Shown in pieces: positions 1 through 11,700 of a DNA stretch of 64,000 bases. A model generated the notes under the pieces. The model searched no databases and was not told where the DNA came from. It worked only from the letters and a program-made list of their open reading frames with translations. The DNA is from Octopus sinensis (Eukaryota), in assembly GCF_006345805.1 (NCBI RefSeq), contig NC_042999.1, positions 44,020,001 through 44,084,000 on the forward strand, read 5' to 3'. The stretch's first letter is position 1. The number at the start of each line of letters is the position of its first letter. A program made the position numbers and the translations under genes.

Positions 1-413
1 ATTTTTTACATCCTATGACCAATGCAGACATAAAATAATGATGGTATGTATACATATATATGCACACAAATACTCACTCACACATACAAGCTTATAACAC
101 ACACACACACACAGATCAGGCTTCTGCACAGTTTTCACTTAGCAACTTTGATCCACAGGGCATTGGTTAACCCATGACACTTGTTGAAAAAGCTACACAT
201 TAATATTAAAACCAGGAACTATAATGGTTGCAATGGGAATACTTTAGCCATACAACCATGCTTATTTGAGTCCATGCTAGCTGCAAAAAAAAAAAAAAAA
301 AAGCAGTTTTAATGAATTAAAATAAATGTAACTTATCTGATCTTGAAAATTCACCTGACCCATTCTCTGGATATTTTATTTAAATATTTCTTTTTCTTTT
401 TTTTATCTTGTAG

Positions 414-581
414 TCAACTGAAAGTGACTTGTCTCTTGATGATGAAGATACTGCGATAAATCCCAATGTATCATTCCAAGAATTCATGCAGCAATACCAA
501 GAACTGACTGAGTGGCTGAACCAGATTCAGGCATTCACTCAGCGGAAGGTGATGAGTCGATCAGAGAAATATCTAAACCAG
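414..581 (+). CDS. Internal coding exon 1 (in window) of a spectrin-repeat protein (AKAP6/Klarsicht/nesprin-like)
   Basis: Polypyrimidine tract plus ttgtag|TCA acceptor and CAG|gtaaga donor. 168 nt open, phase 0/0: STESDLSLDDEDTAINPNVSFQEFMQQYQELTEWLNQIQAFTQRKVMSRSEKYLNQ, with a helix-A-like 'ELTEWLNQI' motif. Confidence 0.9.
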
Positions 582-655
582 GTAAGATGCCAATGTGCCT
601 GGGTTATTTTTTTCTTTTTTTTTTTCTTTCAGAAATTGAAGTATATCCCCTTCTG

Positions 656-874
656 TTAACCCTTTTGTTACTTTATTTATTTTGAGATGCTCTGTGTTTC
701 TTTCAATTTTAAATACAACAAAGAATTTAGTAAAATAACTTAGTTATCATTAAGCTAGTGTTAGTAACATAAATTGTGACTTAAGGTTTGGTGGAAAATT
801 TTAATTCGAAACTTATGAAAACAAGACTACAGAGCCAGAGGCAGTTTCAGCTGGGTTGGTATCAAAAGGGTTAA
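656..874. mobile_element. piggyBac-like MITE, family P1 (TTAA TSD)
   Basis: TTAA|cccttttgtta ... tatcaaaaggg|TTAA, TIR with 1 mismatch. Related sequence occurs at about 1688, 34954-35390 and 58832-59450. Confidence 0.75.
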
Positions 875-1841
875 ACCTATTTGACAGATATTTTCTTTAC
901 TCCATTGAGAAAACTTTTATGCAGTTTTTCAACATACTAGAAACAGTAACTAAATCTCCCTCATCACACCATGAATGAATGGGTATTTTCAACCACATGT
1001 TTGAGGGCTGGTAGGGACTCAGACACAACCATCACTCCTTGTGCCATACACTGTGATCTCATGTTGCAATCTTACTTTCTATTGGGCTCCTCCTTATCCA
1101 TTTCCTGATGTCATCATTCCATTTTGATCTATCTTGTCTTGCAGCCTGTTTTCCATCCACTCAACCTCTGAGGGAACAAGCAGGCACAGAGGTTCTGGGC
1201 CCAGATCTGACCATCATCAGAATATAGCAGTATGAAATGAAATGCTGCAAAATAAGGCATTTAGTCTTGTTTCATAGGGTTTTTGCCAATTTGCTTGGAG
1301 GAAGAGTGAATGAGAAAGGAATGTCCCCCTTGTGGAGGTGACATGACCCCAACCAGGTCCAAGGAGCACAAACCATTACTGTAGGGTGTGATTTAAAGGA
1401 GATTTAGTTGCTATGTTTAGCACATTGAGTGGCCATGCAGAGGCTCCTGCATTGGCTTATTATACATTGGATATCTATTCTGGCTATGATTTATAGCTCA
1501 AATCATTTACTTCAAAATCCACGGTTACAAAAAAAGAATTATTTCACATTCTGTCAAAGTTTGTAAATTCTTATTACATGAACAATATATCTATATCCAC
1601 ACATATAACAGCGAAACTAAATAATCTGAAAACAATATTGAAGTATTATTCTCTAAGGTTCTCACAAAAATTTAATTAAAAATTCATTTAACCCTTTTGT
1701 GACAGTATTTCTGATTATGTATATTGTTTCAATTTTTAAAATAATCAAAAATTTGGCAGTAAATTCTCTTTCTCTCATGCATGCACACACACACGTGTGC
1801 ACACAGAGTAAGACATCTTATTTTACTTTATTCCAAGACTG

Positions 1842-2073
1842 AATAATAATAATAGTAATAATAATAATGATGACGATGACCCTCCTCCTCCTCCTATACA
1901 GGACCTGAAATTTTTGGGGAGTGGGAGGGGTCAAGTCAAATACATTGAACCCAGTGTTCCACCGGTACTTAATTAATCAACCTTGACGGAATTTGAACTC
2001 AGAACATAAAGACAGACGAAATGCCACTAAGCATTTTGCCCAGCATGCTAATAATTCTGTCAGCTTGCCACCT
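1842..2073 (-). mobile_element. tRNA-derived SINE family B (decayed)
   Basis: Reverse complement reads gagctgacagaattattagc ... gagttcaaattcc ... aagtacc ... with an (ATT)n tail. Confidence 0.7.
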
Positions 2074-2080
2074 TATATAT

Positions 2081-2259
2081 ATCATCATCATCATCGTCGT
2101 TTAACGTCCATTCTCCATGTTAGCATGGGTTGGACGGTTCGACCGGGGTTCTGGGAAGCCAGAAGGCTGCACCAGGCTCCAGTCTAATCTGGCAATGTTT
2201 CTACAGCCGGATGCCCTTCCTAACGCTAACCACTCCGTGAGTGTACCACTCCGTGAGTG
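2081..2259 (-). mobile_element. RTE-tailed non-autonomous retroelement family C (3' part)
   Basis: (CAT)n tail, then gtttaacgtcc..catgttagcatgggttggac and gatgcccttcctaacgc. Ends in a local 16-bp duplication (ccactccgtgagtgta x2). Confidence 0.75.
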
Positions 2260-2311
2260 TATATATATATACTCTTTTATATATATATATATATACTCTT
2301 TTTTTTTTTTA

Positions 2312-2669
2312 CTCCTTTACTTGTTTCAGTCATTTGACTGTGTCTATGCTGGAGTACCGCCTTTAGTTGAGCAAATCTTTGTAAGCCTAGTACTTATTCT
2401 ATCAGTCTCTTTTGCTGAAACGCTAAGTTACGGGGACGTAAACACACCAGCATTGGTTGTTAAGCGATGTTGGGGGGACAAATACAGACACACACACATA
2501 TATACGATGGTCTTCTTTCAGTTTCCGCCTACCAAATCCACTCACAAAGCTTTGGTCGGCCCGAGGCTATAGTAGAAGGCACTTGCCCAAGGTGTCATGC
2601 AGTGGGACTGATCCTGGAACCATGTGGTTCGTAAGCAAGCTACTTACCACACAGCCACTCCTACGCCTA
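2312..2669 (-). mobile_element. tRNA-derived SINE family A, young full-length copy
   Basis: Reverse complement reads taggcgtaggagtggctgtgtggtaag (A box), ggttccaggatcagtcccac (B-box region), a central (TA/CA) tract, and the 3' end gactgaaacaagtaaagg. Confidence 0.85.
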
Positions 2670-3515
2670 TATAAATGCAATAATAATAATAATAACAGTG
2701 AGGATGATTTTATTTACTATCAGTTTGCCAGATGAAGAACAAAAATGATGTTAAAAATAAATAATAACAATGAAGATCAATATATTGATTGATGTTGACA
2801 TTCCTTTGGATATTCCTCAGCCATTTAGCTTTCCAACCAACCAACCAACCACCAGCCAGCCAGCCAGCCAGTCTCAGACTCCTGATATGAGTCACTTCTT
2901 ATCAGATGTTCCCATTTACCAAGATGCCTTTCAAGACAGCCATGCAACAGTGATGCATCCCAATGCAAATATCTATAACCAGTAGTAGTTGTTGTAGTAG
3001 TAGTAGCAGAAACAGCAGCCGTTGACCAATATTTTCAATGAATGGGATGATGATGTACTTCCTTTCCTTTTTGCTGCTTCCATTGCCATTGATTGTTGCT
3101 TATTCTGAGACTGTTGCTCTGGCTGCTGCTGCCGTTGTTGTCGTCGTCGTTGGTGGCGTTGTCTCTCTGCTTCTGATAGAAAAGGAGTGATAGTAGAATG
3201 AAGATCGAATCTGCTGCAATCAACAGATTCGTTGCTGCTGCTACAGATGGTTGTAGGAATGCACTTGTTAAACAGCAGCACCAACAGTGGTGGTGATGGT
3301 GGTGGTGGTGATGGTTGTGGTGGTGGTGGTAGCTACAGCAGCATAAACAAAATCACTCACATAAACAAAATAATTACTCATATCAAAATTTAATTTATTA
3401 ATTATTCATTTTTATTTTTTATTTTTTTTTTATTTTTGAAGTCTGTCTGTTGACAAAATCAGTAGTTCTGAACTATTTACCTTCAGTAGCAAAATAAATC
3501 TAGTTATACCCACTT

Positions 3516-3549
<34 letters not shown>

Positions 3550-4769
3550 TTCCATATTAAAAGTCTATTGGAATTGAGTTCGCCTTGCATTTTTACATGG
3601 CCATTAAAGCAAGTAGTAGTAAAATATTGATGTGTGTGTGTGGAGGCGGGGGGTGATTCATATGTCTATCTTATCTGTTTCTCAACCTGCTTATCTATTT
3701 ATTCTTCCATCTATCAATCTTCCTGTCTGACCTTTCTATCTATCTGTCTTCCCTCTCTCTCTGCCTGGCTATTTATCTGTTTATTCATCTATCAGTTGTT
3801 CACATAGATATATTCAATGTACAGAATGTTAATAAAATTTTATTTCAATAATATAAGCTCACAGCCTAAAAATTTCGATATTTTTTACAATTCTATTTCT
3901 GAAAATAGTTTTTTTATCTCATTAATATCTTTCATTCTTTATCCAAACAATTAAATAAATTTTAATGAAATAAATTAAATTAAATAAGAAAAATAGAAAG
4001 AAACCTAACGTGTGATTGATAGCTCCCTACCATTATGTTTCATACAGATTTGTATTGGCAGGGTTACTAAATACACTATAGTATTATTTTTGTAAATTCT
4101 ATGAATAAGAGACTACCAGGGTTGGTAGCAGAAGTTAGGAGGAAGCTAATGAAATGAATAGGTGAAAGTGGTGGATTTGTAGAAAATATTCAGTGGTTCA
4201 CTAAGTCCAGAAAAAAAAGAAAAAAAAAAGGATGGAAGCCTCATTTAGTCATTAACAAGCCTTGAATGAAAGTATTTTGTGAAGATGAAGTGTTTAGGAA
4301 AAGGATTAAAGGAAGGGAGGGGAAAAAGAGATCCACTTGTATCATAAAGCCGGTTAGAAATATTCATGGCAGGAGCCATATTCAGCTCCACATTTCATTC
4401 TACAGTTGGCAGTTCACAAATAAGGAAATTGCTTTGCCTGAATTATAGGAGAGTAAGCACATTTTTTTTCCCCTCTTGTATTTAAACTGTATTCTACTTC
4501 TGTGATTATTTCAATGTTTGTATATTTGATATTTTCCCATTTAAGAACCATCAGTAATTCAGCACTTTTACTACTGACAAAAGAAAACATGTTTGTTCAC
4601 ACATACATACTCTCTCTCCTTCCTTTTCTCTCTCTCTCTCCCTCCCATTCATTAAAATGTTATAGTAATCAATGTAACTGTCCACACATACCTGTTTGGT
4701 CGTTCATGGTTCCAGTATTAAAATCTGTTTCAGTAATGTCAAGGTTTTCATATAGAAAACAAGATTTTG

Positions 4770-4900
4770 TTACTTGTGTGTGCATGTATACACACACGTG
4801 TGTGTATGATATAAATATATGTTTATATGTATATATGTATGCACACACACACACACGCGTGTTTGTGTGTGTATGATATAAATATGTTTATATGTATGTA

Positions 4901-4983
<83 letters not shown>

Positions 4984-5070
4984 GCACACACACACGTGTG
5001 TGTGTGTGTATAATACAAATATGTTTATATGTATGTATATATATATATGTATGCACACACACACGTACAG
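4770..5070. repeat. Compound (CA)n/(TG)n/(TA)n microsatellite with a higher-order unit
   Basis: Three degenerate copies of cacacacgtgtgtgtatgatataaatatgtttatatgtat around a long (TA)n. Explains the overlapping junk ORFs here. Confidence 0.85.
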
Positions 5071-5250
5071 TAAACCCCTGATTTTACAGACTGATTAGGA
5101 AAGGTGGCATGTTTGTTCATTCCAAAAGTTTATTAAATTGAAGATAACCTAGGACTATTACTAATGTAAAATTTCAAATATATTATACACTATTGCTCAA
5201 TATAAAACCATTAAATTATTCTAATGAATATATTTAATTTTTGTTTCTCC

Positions 5251-5480
5251 GAGCTGGCAGAATCGTTAGTGCATCAGACAAAATGTTTAGCTGCATTTCT
5301 TCCAACTCATTACATTGTGAGTTCACATTTTGCCGAGGGTAACTTTGCCTTTCATCCCTTTGGGGTTGATAAAATAAAGTAGCAGTCAAGTGCTGGGGTC
5401 AGTGTAATCAACTTACCTCTTTCCCTCAAATTCCAAGTCTTGTGTAAAAATTTGGAAGAATTATTATAAATATTATTATT
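5251..5480 (+). mobile_element. SINE family B
   Basis: gagctggcagaatcgttag ... gagttcacattt ... gcctttcatccctttggggttgataaaataaagtagcag ... attatt tail. Confidence 0.75.
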
Positions 5481-5846
5481 CAGACCTTTTATATCAAGGT
5501 TTTATACTAGTTCCTGTTTTTGGACTGTTACCATGTTGGAGCATCGAGGTCTTTAAGTGGATCATATCACCCCCAGTACATAATTCAGTGTAATACTTAT
5601 TATATTGATACCCATTTACCAAACTGCTAGGTTATAGGACTTCAAGAGACACAAACAACTCTGGTTTTTAGATAACTGTAAACACACATACACACACACA
5701 CACACTAGTCTACCACTCACAAGGCATTGGTCAGCCTGGTGCTGTAGTAGAAGACACTTGTCTGAGGTGCCACGCACTGAGACTGAAACAGAAACCCATG
5801 TGGTTGCAAGGAAGCTTCTTAACTATACGGTTATAGCTGTGCTTTT

Positions 5847-5892
<46 letters not shown>

Positions 5893-5896
<4 letters not shown>

Positions 5897-6274
5897 CGCA
5901 GGAGTGGCTGTGTGGTAAGTAGCTTGCTTACCAACCACATGGTTCTGGGTTCAGTTCCACTGCATGGCACCTTGAGCAAGTGCCTTCTATTATAGCCTCA
6001 GGCCAACCAAAGCCTTATGAGTGGATTTGGTAGACAGAAACTGAAAGAAGCCCATCGTATATATATGTGTATGTTTGTGTGTCTGTTTTTGTCCCCCCAC
6101 CATTGCTTGACAACCACTGCTCTTGTGTTTACATCCCTGTAACTTAGCAGTTCGGCAAGAGACTGATACATTAAGTACTAAGCTTACAAAGAATAAGTCC
6201 TGGGGGTCGATTTGTTCGACTAAAGGTGGTGCTCCAGCATGACCACAGTCAAATGATTGAAACAAGTAAAAGAG
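5893..6274 (+). mobile_element. SINE family A, full-length
   Basis: taggcgcaggagtggctgtgtggtaag ... gggttcagttcc ... gattgaaacaagtaaaagag, flanked by (TA)n on both sides. Confidence 0.85.
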
Positions 6275-6289
6275 TAATACATATATATA

Positions 6290-6339
<50 letters not shown>

Positions 6340-6404
6340 AGTGAAATATAAGGAAAAGAAAAATTGTAGGTGTAGATGATCTTTAATTCATAATCCAGGT
6401 TGGT

Positions 6405-6648
6405 ACTGATGTGTGAGGTCAGAGAGATAGGTCTGTAGTTCTTGGCCTCCGCTCTGCTACCTCCTTTATGAATAGGGCAATATTTTACCTTCCTTCAGTT
6501 TTCTTGGAAGTTTGCCAGCTGCAAGGAAGCTCTGAAAGAGGAACTGCAGTGGTCTTGCTAAGACTCTCTTACATACTTTTAGGAGGATTGCCGGGAATCC
6601 ATCGGGGCCAATAGCTGAGTCTATTTTCATTTCATCTATAGCCTTTAT
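6405..6648 (-). mobile_element. CR1/L2-group LINE reverse-transcriptase fragment, cut by the assembly gap
   Basis: Reverse complement translates as KAIDEMKIDSAIGPDGFPAILLKVCKRVLARPLQFLFQSFLAAGKLPRKLKEGK, a frameshift, then CPIHKGGSRAEAKNYRPISLTSHI (classic GPDG...NYRPISLTS motifs). Confidence 0.85.
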
Positions 6649-6748
6649 NNNNNNNNNNNNNNNNNNNNNNNNNNNNNNNNNNNNNNNNNNNNNNNNNNNN
6701 NNNNNNNNNNNNNNNNNNNNNNNNNNNNNNNNNNNNNNNNNNNNNNNN
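6649..6748. other. Assembly gap (100 N)
   Basis: Exactly 100 N, the usual unknown-size placeholder, with a (TA)n-rich right flank. Confidence 0.98.
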
Positions 6749-6877
6749 TCTATATATATATATCTATATATATATATCTATATATATATACTATATTATA
6801 TATATATATATATATATTATATATTAATAATAATATATATATATTATATATATCTATATGTTATATATATATATATA

Positions 6878-7230
6878 CTGTCCAACCCATGCTAGCATGG
6901 AGAACGGACGTTAAACGACGATGATATCTATATGTATATATATATATATATATACTGTCCAACCCATGCTAGCATGGAGAACGGACGTTAAACGACGATG
7001 ATATCTATATGTATATATATATATATATACTGTCCAACCCATGCTAGCATGGAGAACGGACGTTAAACGACGATGATATCTATATGTATATATATATATA
7101 TACTGTCCAACCCATGCTAGCATGGAGAACGGACGTTAAACGACGATGATATCTATATGTATATATATATATATATATATACTGTCCAACCCATGCTAGC
7201 ATGGAGAACGGACGTTAAACGACGATGATA
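6878..7230 (+). repeat. Tandem array: 5 identical family-C/RTE 3' tails separated by variable (TA)n
   Basis: The unit ctgtccaacccatgctagcatggagaacggacgttaaacgacgatgatatctata starts at 6878, 6955, 7030, 7103 and 7182 (periods 77, 75, 73, 79). Confidence 0.9.
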
Positions 7231-7402
7231 TCTATATATCTTATATATATATATATATATATCTATATATATATCTATATCTATATATATATATCTATCT
7301 ATATATATATCTATCTATCTATATCTATATATATATCTATATATATATATATATAATATATATCTATATATATATCTATCTATATATATATCTATATATT
7401 AA

Positions 7403-7434
<32 letters not shown>

Positions 7435-7448
7435 CTCTATATATATTA

Positions 7449-7494
<46 letters not shown>

Positions 7495-8599
7495 ATATTA
7501 TATATATATATATTATGGTCCAACCCATGCCATCATAGACAACAGACAAATGATGATTGATATATATCCCTGTTGTGTCAGAGGAAGAAAAGAATTATCC
7601 AAGAATTTTACGGAGATTTTAAAACCTGTAGCAGTGGTTTGGAGAGGAAACTGTTACTCATATAGGAAGCATTACAGCTTTTCTCGGATCAAAAACCTAA
7701 CCTGAATACTTACCAGAATGGGCTCTGCTAAAGGCACCCAGGGTCTAGGTAGTGGTATTAAACCAGACAACAGATGAGGGCTACCGTGAAAATATATTCA
7801 TTGTTGCAGATTCCCAAAACTCTGTTAATTCCTGCTCAAAAGATAGTCAATGCTCATTCGTTTTTCTTTTTTAATTAGTTGTGAGAGAAGATTAAGTACT
7901 TTGAACAATGAGTCAAACACAAACACATGCTAGTTAAATTAAGCAGATTTATATGGATTATTATGTAGATAATATAACCAGATAAAATCTTAACTATTAT
8001 TTACCTTTTGATGTTTTAAACCATTTAAACTCAGGTGATTGTTTGCCCTTTTATTTACTTTTTTTTGTTAGCTTTCTCATTCTGTTGTTTTTTTTTATTT
8101 TATTGTTTTTGTTTTCATTGGTATTAAATTTTAAATAATGAAAAATAAAACAATGGTTAATACACTGTGAAACTTCTAATTTAATATTTTTCACCTGCAA
8201 ATCATGTAAAAAAACACAGATTGTGGAATTTAAAAAGAGAAGAATCAAAGTGAATTCTTCACCTGCTCCTATGGTTTATGCTTCATGAAGTCATGACTAG
8301 AATTAAAATTTTTATATTTTATATTGGTATTAGTCAGTACATATCATTGTTTTTAAAGTGGTAAGATGGCTTAGTTGTTAGAGTATCAGAAAAAATACCT
8401 TATATGTTCCAGTTCATTTCAGATCCTGCCAGGATCAACTTTGCCTTTCATCCTATTGGGGTTGATAAAATAAAACACCAGTCAAATACTAGAGTTGATG
8501 GTATCAACTAACCTTCTACCCTCGAAATTTCTGGCCTTGTACCTAAAATAGAACCTTTTTTTTTTTTTACCTTGTTTAGAATCTCCATTGATAGGTGCA

Positions 8600-9474
8600 T
8601 ACCGTAAATCCTTGAGTATAGTCCGCCCTTGAATATAATATGCAGGGGATTTTAGGGGACTGTACCTCTGAAAAACCTAAACCTTGTGTATAATACGCAC
8701 CCCTTATTTAAGTTGAGTCAAGGAGGTCTATATAACATCCTTGGTTTGTAAAAATGTATACGGTAACATACTTTATTACTATTGTATATATAACATAATG
8801 CAAATGTGTAGCTTTTTTGTGCATTTTGTTTGCAGAAAATAAAGAAATAACAGTAACTAGCACTATGACCCGGCAAAGCCAGGTCATAGTGCTAGTGCGT
8901 GCATATACAGCTGTGTGCGTGCGCACATACATGCGAGTACTGTCCAAATCTTCGACCAATCCCATACAGCTAGCTGGCATTCAATTGGCGTATCGAGTTT
9001 CAGGTATTTTGATTGGGTTTTGGATAGAAAATTCACAAAAAAGTTACTTCTATTGATTTTTTAATGGCTTTGCATGGTGACTGGGGAAATGTAAAGATGT
9101 GCACAACCACCCTTGGATGGTTTTGAATGACCATAGAAAGTGCGAGCCCTCTAACTGAAAAATTGTGGATTTGTATAAAGGACATGCACAGACATTTTGC
9201 CGTTTATATATATAGAGATAAAGTTTAACAAATGTTGCTTACTGCAAGTTATTGATGATTCTTTTATGACTTCATTGCTTTCAGGCTTAGTTTAAGGTAT
9301 TTTCGCGTCCGACATCACAAAATGTGTCTGAATAAACATTGCCGGACAGCAAATAGACTCGGACATTGCTTAGAAAATAATTTTCCTTTTTAACCTCGTA
9401 TATAGTACACACTAGGGATATTGATCTTTAAATTTTCCGGAAAAAATGCGGATTATGCTCGAGGATTTACGGTA
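8600..9474. mobile_element. Non-autonomous Tc1/mariner (pogo-like) element with TA TSD
   Basis: TA|ccgtaaatccttgagtatagtccgc ... gcggattatgctcgaggatttacgg|TA (22/25 TIR match). Two inner repeats of the TIR motif at about 8628 and 8683. Confidence 0.85.
8857..9218 (-). mobile_element. Non-autonomous Helitron nested in the Tc1/pogo element
   Basis: Minus strand reads A|TCtctatatatataaac ... hairpin ... CTAG|T. It is inserted between A and T with no TSD. GC-rich hairpin at 8856-8896. Confidence 0.8.
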
Positions 9475-10565
9475 TGTGTCTATGTAGTAAAGAAGTTTGA
9501 ATTTGAAACCATGTGGTTTCAAATTCAATCCAACTGTGTGACATCTTGGTTGAATATCTTTACCTATAACCCTGAGCTGACCAAAGCCTAGTGAGTGGAT
9601 TTGGTAAACAGAAACCAAACGAACCCCAGTGGTGTGTGTATATTTACATTTGCATATATACATACATATATTTGTGTGTGTGTATATTTATATATATATA
9701 TATGTATATATATATGTATGTGTGTGTGCACAATTGTGTGGCAATTTTTCTACAGCTGGATGCCTTTCCTGCTACCAATCCCCACCTGTTTTCAAAAGTT
9801 ATGCATGTGTATTTTGATAGATCTATATATATATATATATATATAAATGGAATTAAACGCAGGTGTTATTCAAATCTTTATACTTCCGACATGTGTTTTA
9901 AAGAAAACATTGGTATTATTCCAGAAGGAATAAAATTATGTAAAACAATGCAAATTTCTCATCAGGGAATAAGAGAAGCAAAATGCATCAATGAGACATT
10001 TTAACCGAATGTGATTACTGCATATATGAAGGGAATGCTGGTACATTATTTTAAAAAGAAACCGTAAATAGATATAACGTTAAAGGCAATTTATAGAAAG
10101 TAGAGGAGGAGGAGGAAGAGAAAAATTAGCAGAAAACTAAAAGTGGAGAAATATAGTGTGATAGGTGAATAGAAATAAAGATTAAAAGTGTGGAAATAGA
10201 TATATTTAGTGGAAGTGAAATGTAAGAAGATAGTTAAAGGTCGAATTTTATAGACTGGTAGAAATCACTTACAGGAACTAGTCATGTTTTTGCCAATGTT
10301 TGCGACGATAAACACATTCTTGAAACATGTTTACAAGCGGATTCTCTGAGATCAGTATGAAATACAGTTCATCGTTATAAAACGAACAAAAAGATTTACC
10401 TTTATCATAAGGAAAGAATATAGATAGAATATTCCAATTCAAATTGTTTTTTATGTTTATAAGTAGGCTGTTACATCTTTGGTACTTATGTGAATTTTTG
10501 CTACCCTGGTAACTATTTTTTCTGTGTTATTTGTAGACATTGAAAAAAATACACATTTATTTATT

Positions 10566-10622
<57 letters not shown>

Positions 10623-11067
10623 TTGTGAGTGTCATTGTTGTACTTGCAGTATCATTTCATTTCCAATATGTGTAAACATGTCTGGCCATGGGGAAATATC
10701 ACCTTGCTTGGAAACAAGTGTAGTCTATGGTTTGGCGAAAATCTGCCTCGGGAAAACTATGTCCAACCCATGCAAGCATGGAAAAGTGAATGTTAATACA
10801 GTGATGAGGATAACGAATTCTGGTTAAGCAATTACTTTGCTAATGTAATGATAAAGCTGATGTCAGAATATGTAAAGCACTACACTTTTGTTTATACAGG
10901 CATTACTGGCATTATAGAAGAACTGTATTTATGATCATCTTGCTGTAACAAGAAATTCCCTAATGCAACACACGGCTTCCCATTGACTTCTCTGGAAAAA
11001 TAGGTTTTACATTATAAAACTCATGTTATGACAAGATCTCTTCCAATGCTTCCATAATATGAGAGAT

Positions 11068-11117
<50 letters not shown>

Positions 11118-11304
11118 GTAAACTATAGGAAATTAATATAAGTGTATCTGTATGCATGCTTGAGTCAGAGAGAGTGTGAGAGAGAGAAAAACTGTTAGAT
11201 TCCTCAAGGGTGTATGCAGCAAGCCATAATTATTTTCCTTCTTCAAATCCTTGAATCTAAAATAGTTAGAATAAAAACAGACATTTTCACACACATGTAT
11301 ATAT

Positions 11305-11511
11305 TCTTTTACTTGTTTCAGTCATTTGACTGTGGCTATGTTGGAGCACCGCCTTAAAGGGTTTTAATCGAAGAAATTGACCCTAGGACTTATTCTTTGT
11401 AAACTTAGTACTTATTCTATCAGTCTGTTTTGCTGAACTGCTAAGTTTTGGGGAGGGACATAAACACACCATCAGTTGTCAAGTGAAGGTGGGAGGACAG
11501 ACACACACATA

Positions 11512-11542
<31 letters not shown>

Positions 11543-11700
11543 ACAGGCTTCTTTCAGTTTCTGTCTACCAAATCCACTCACAAGGTTTTGGTCAGCCTGA
11601 GGTTATAGTAGGAGACACTTGTCCATGGGTACCATGCAGTGGAACTGAACCCGGAACCATGTGGTTAAGAAGCCAGCTTCTTACTACAGCCATGCCCACA
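11305..11700 (-). mobile_element. SINE family A
   Basis: tcttttacttgtttcagtc ... (CA)n ... ggaaccatgtggtt ... cagccatgccc. Confidence 0.8.

Noticed and set aside
2117-2735. ORFs of 151 and 92 aa, and similar ORFs at 5990, 15421, 42565, 52311 and 59036
   Set aside because: They are translations of SINE-A/C and microsatellite; the same peptides recur at every copy.
4502-5098. Six overlapping ORFs
   Set aside because: They are (TA)n/(CA)n read-through giving YI/HT/CV repeats.
5893-5965. tRNA gene
   Set aside because: It has A/B boxes but no cloverleaf, and continues into the SINE body; these are SINE heads.
6878-7230. CRISPR-like repeat/spacer appearance
   Set aside because: The spacers are only (TA)n, the repeat is a retroelement tail, the context is eukaryotic, and there are no cas genes.
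9880-10440. Penelope ORF remnant (CFKENIGIIPEGIKL)
   Set aside because: Only a vague motif likeness, many stops, and no RT or GIY-YIG motif seen.
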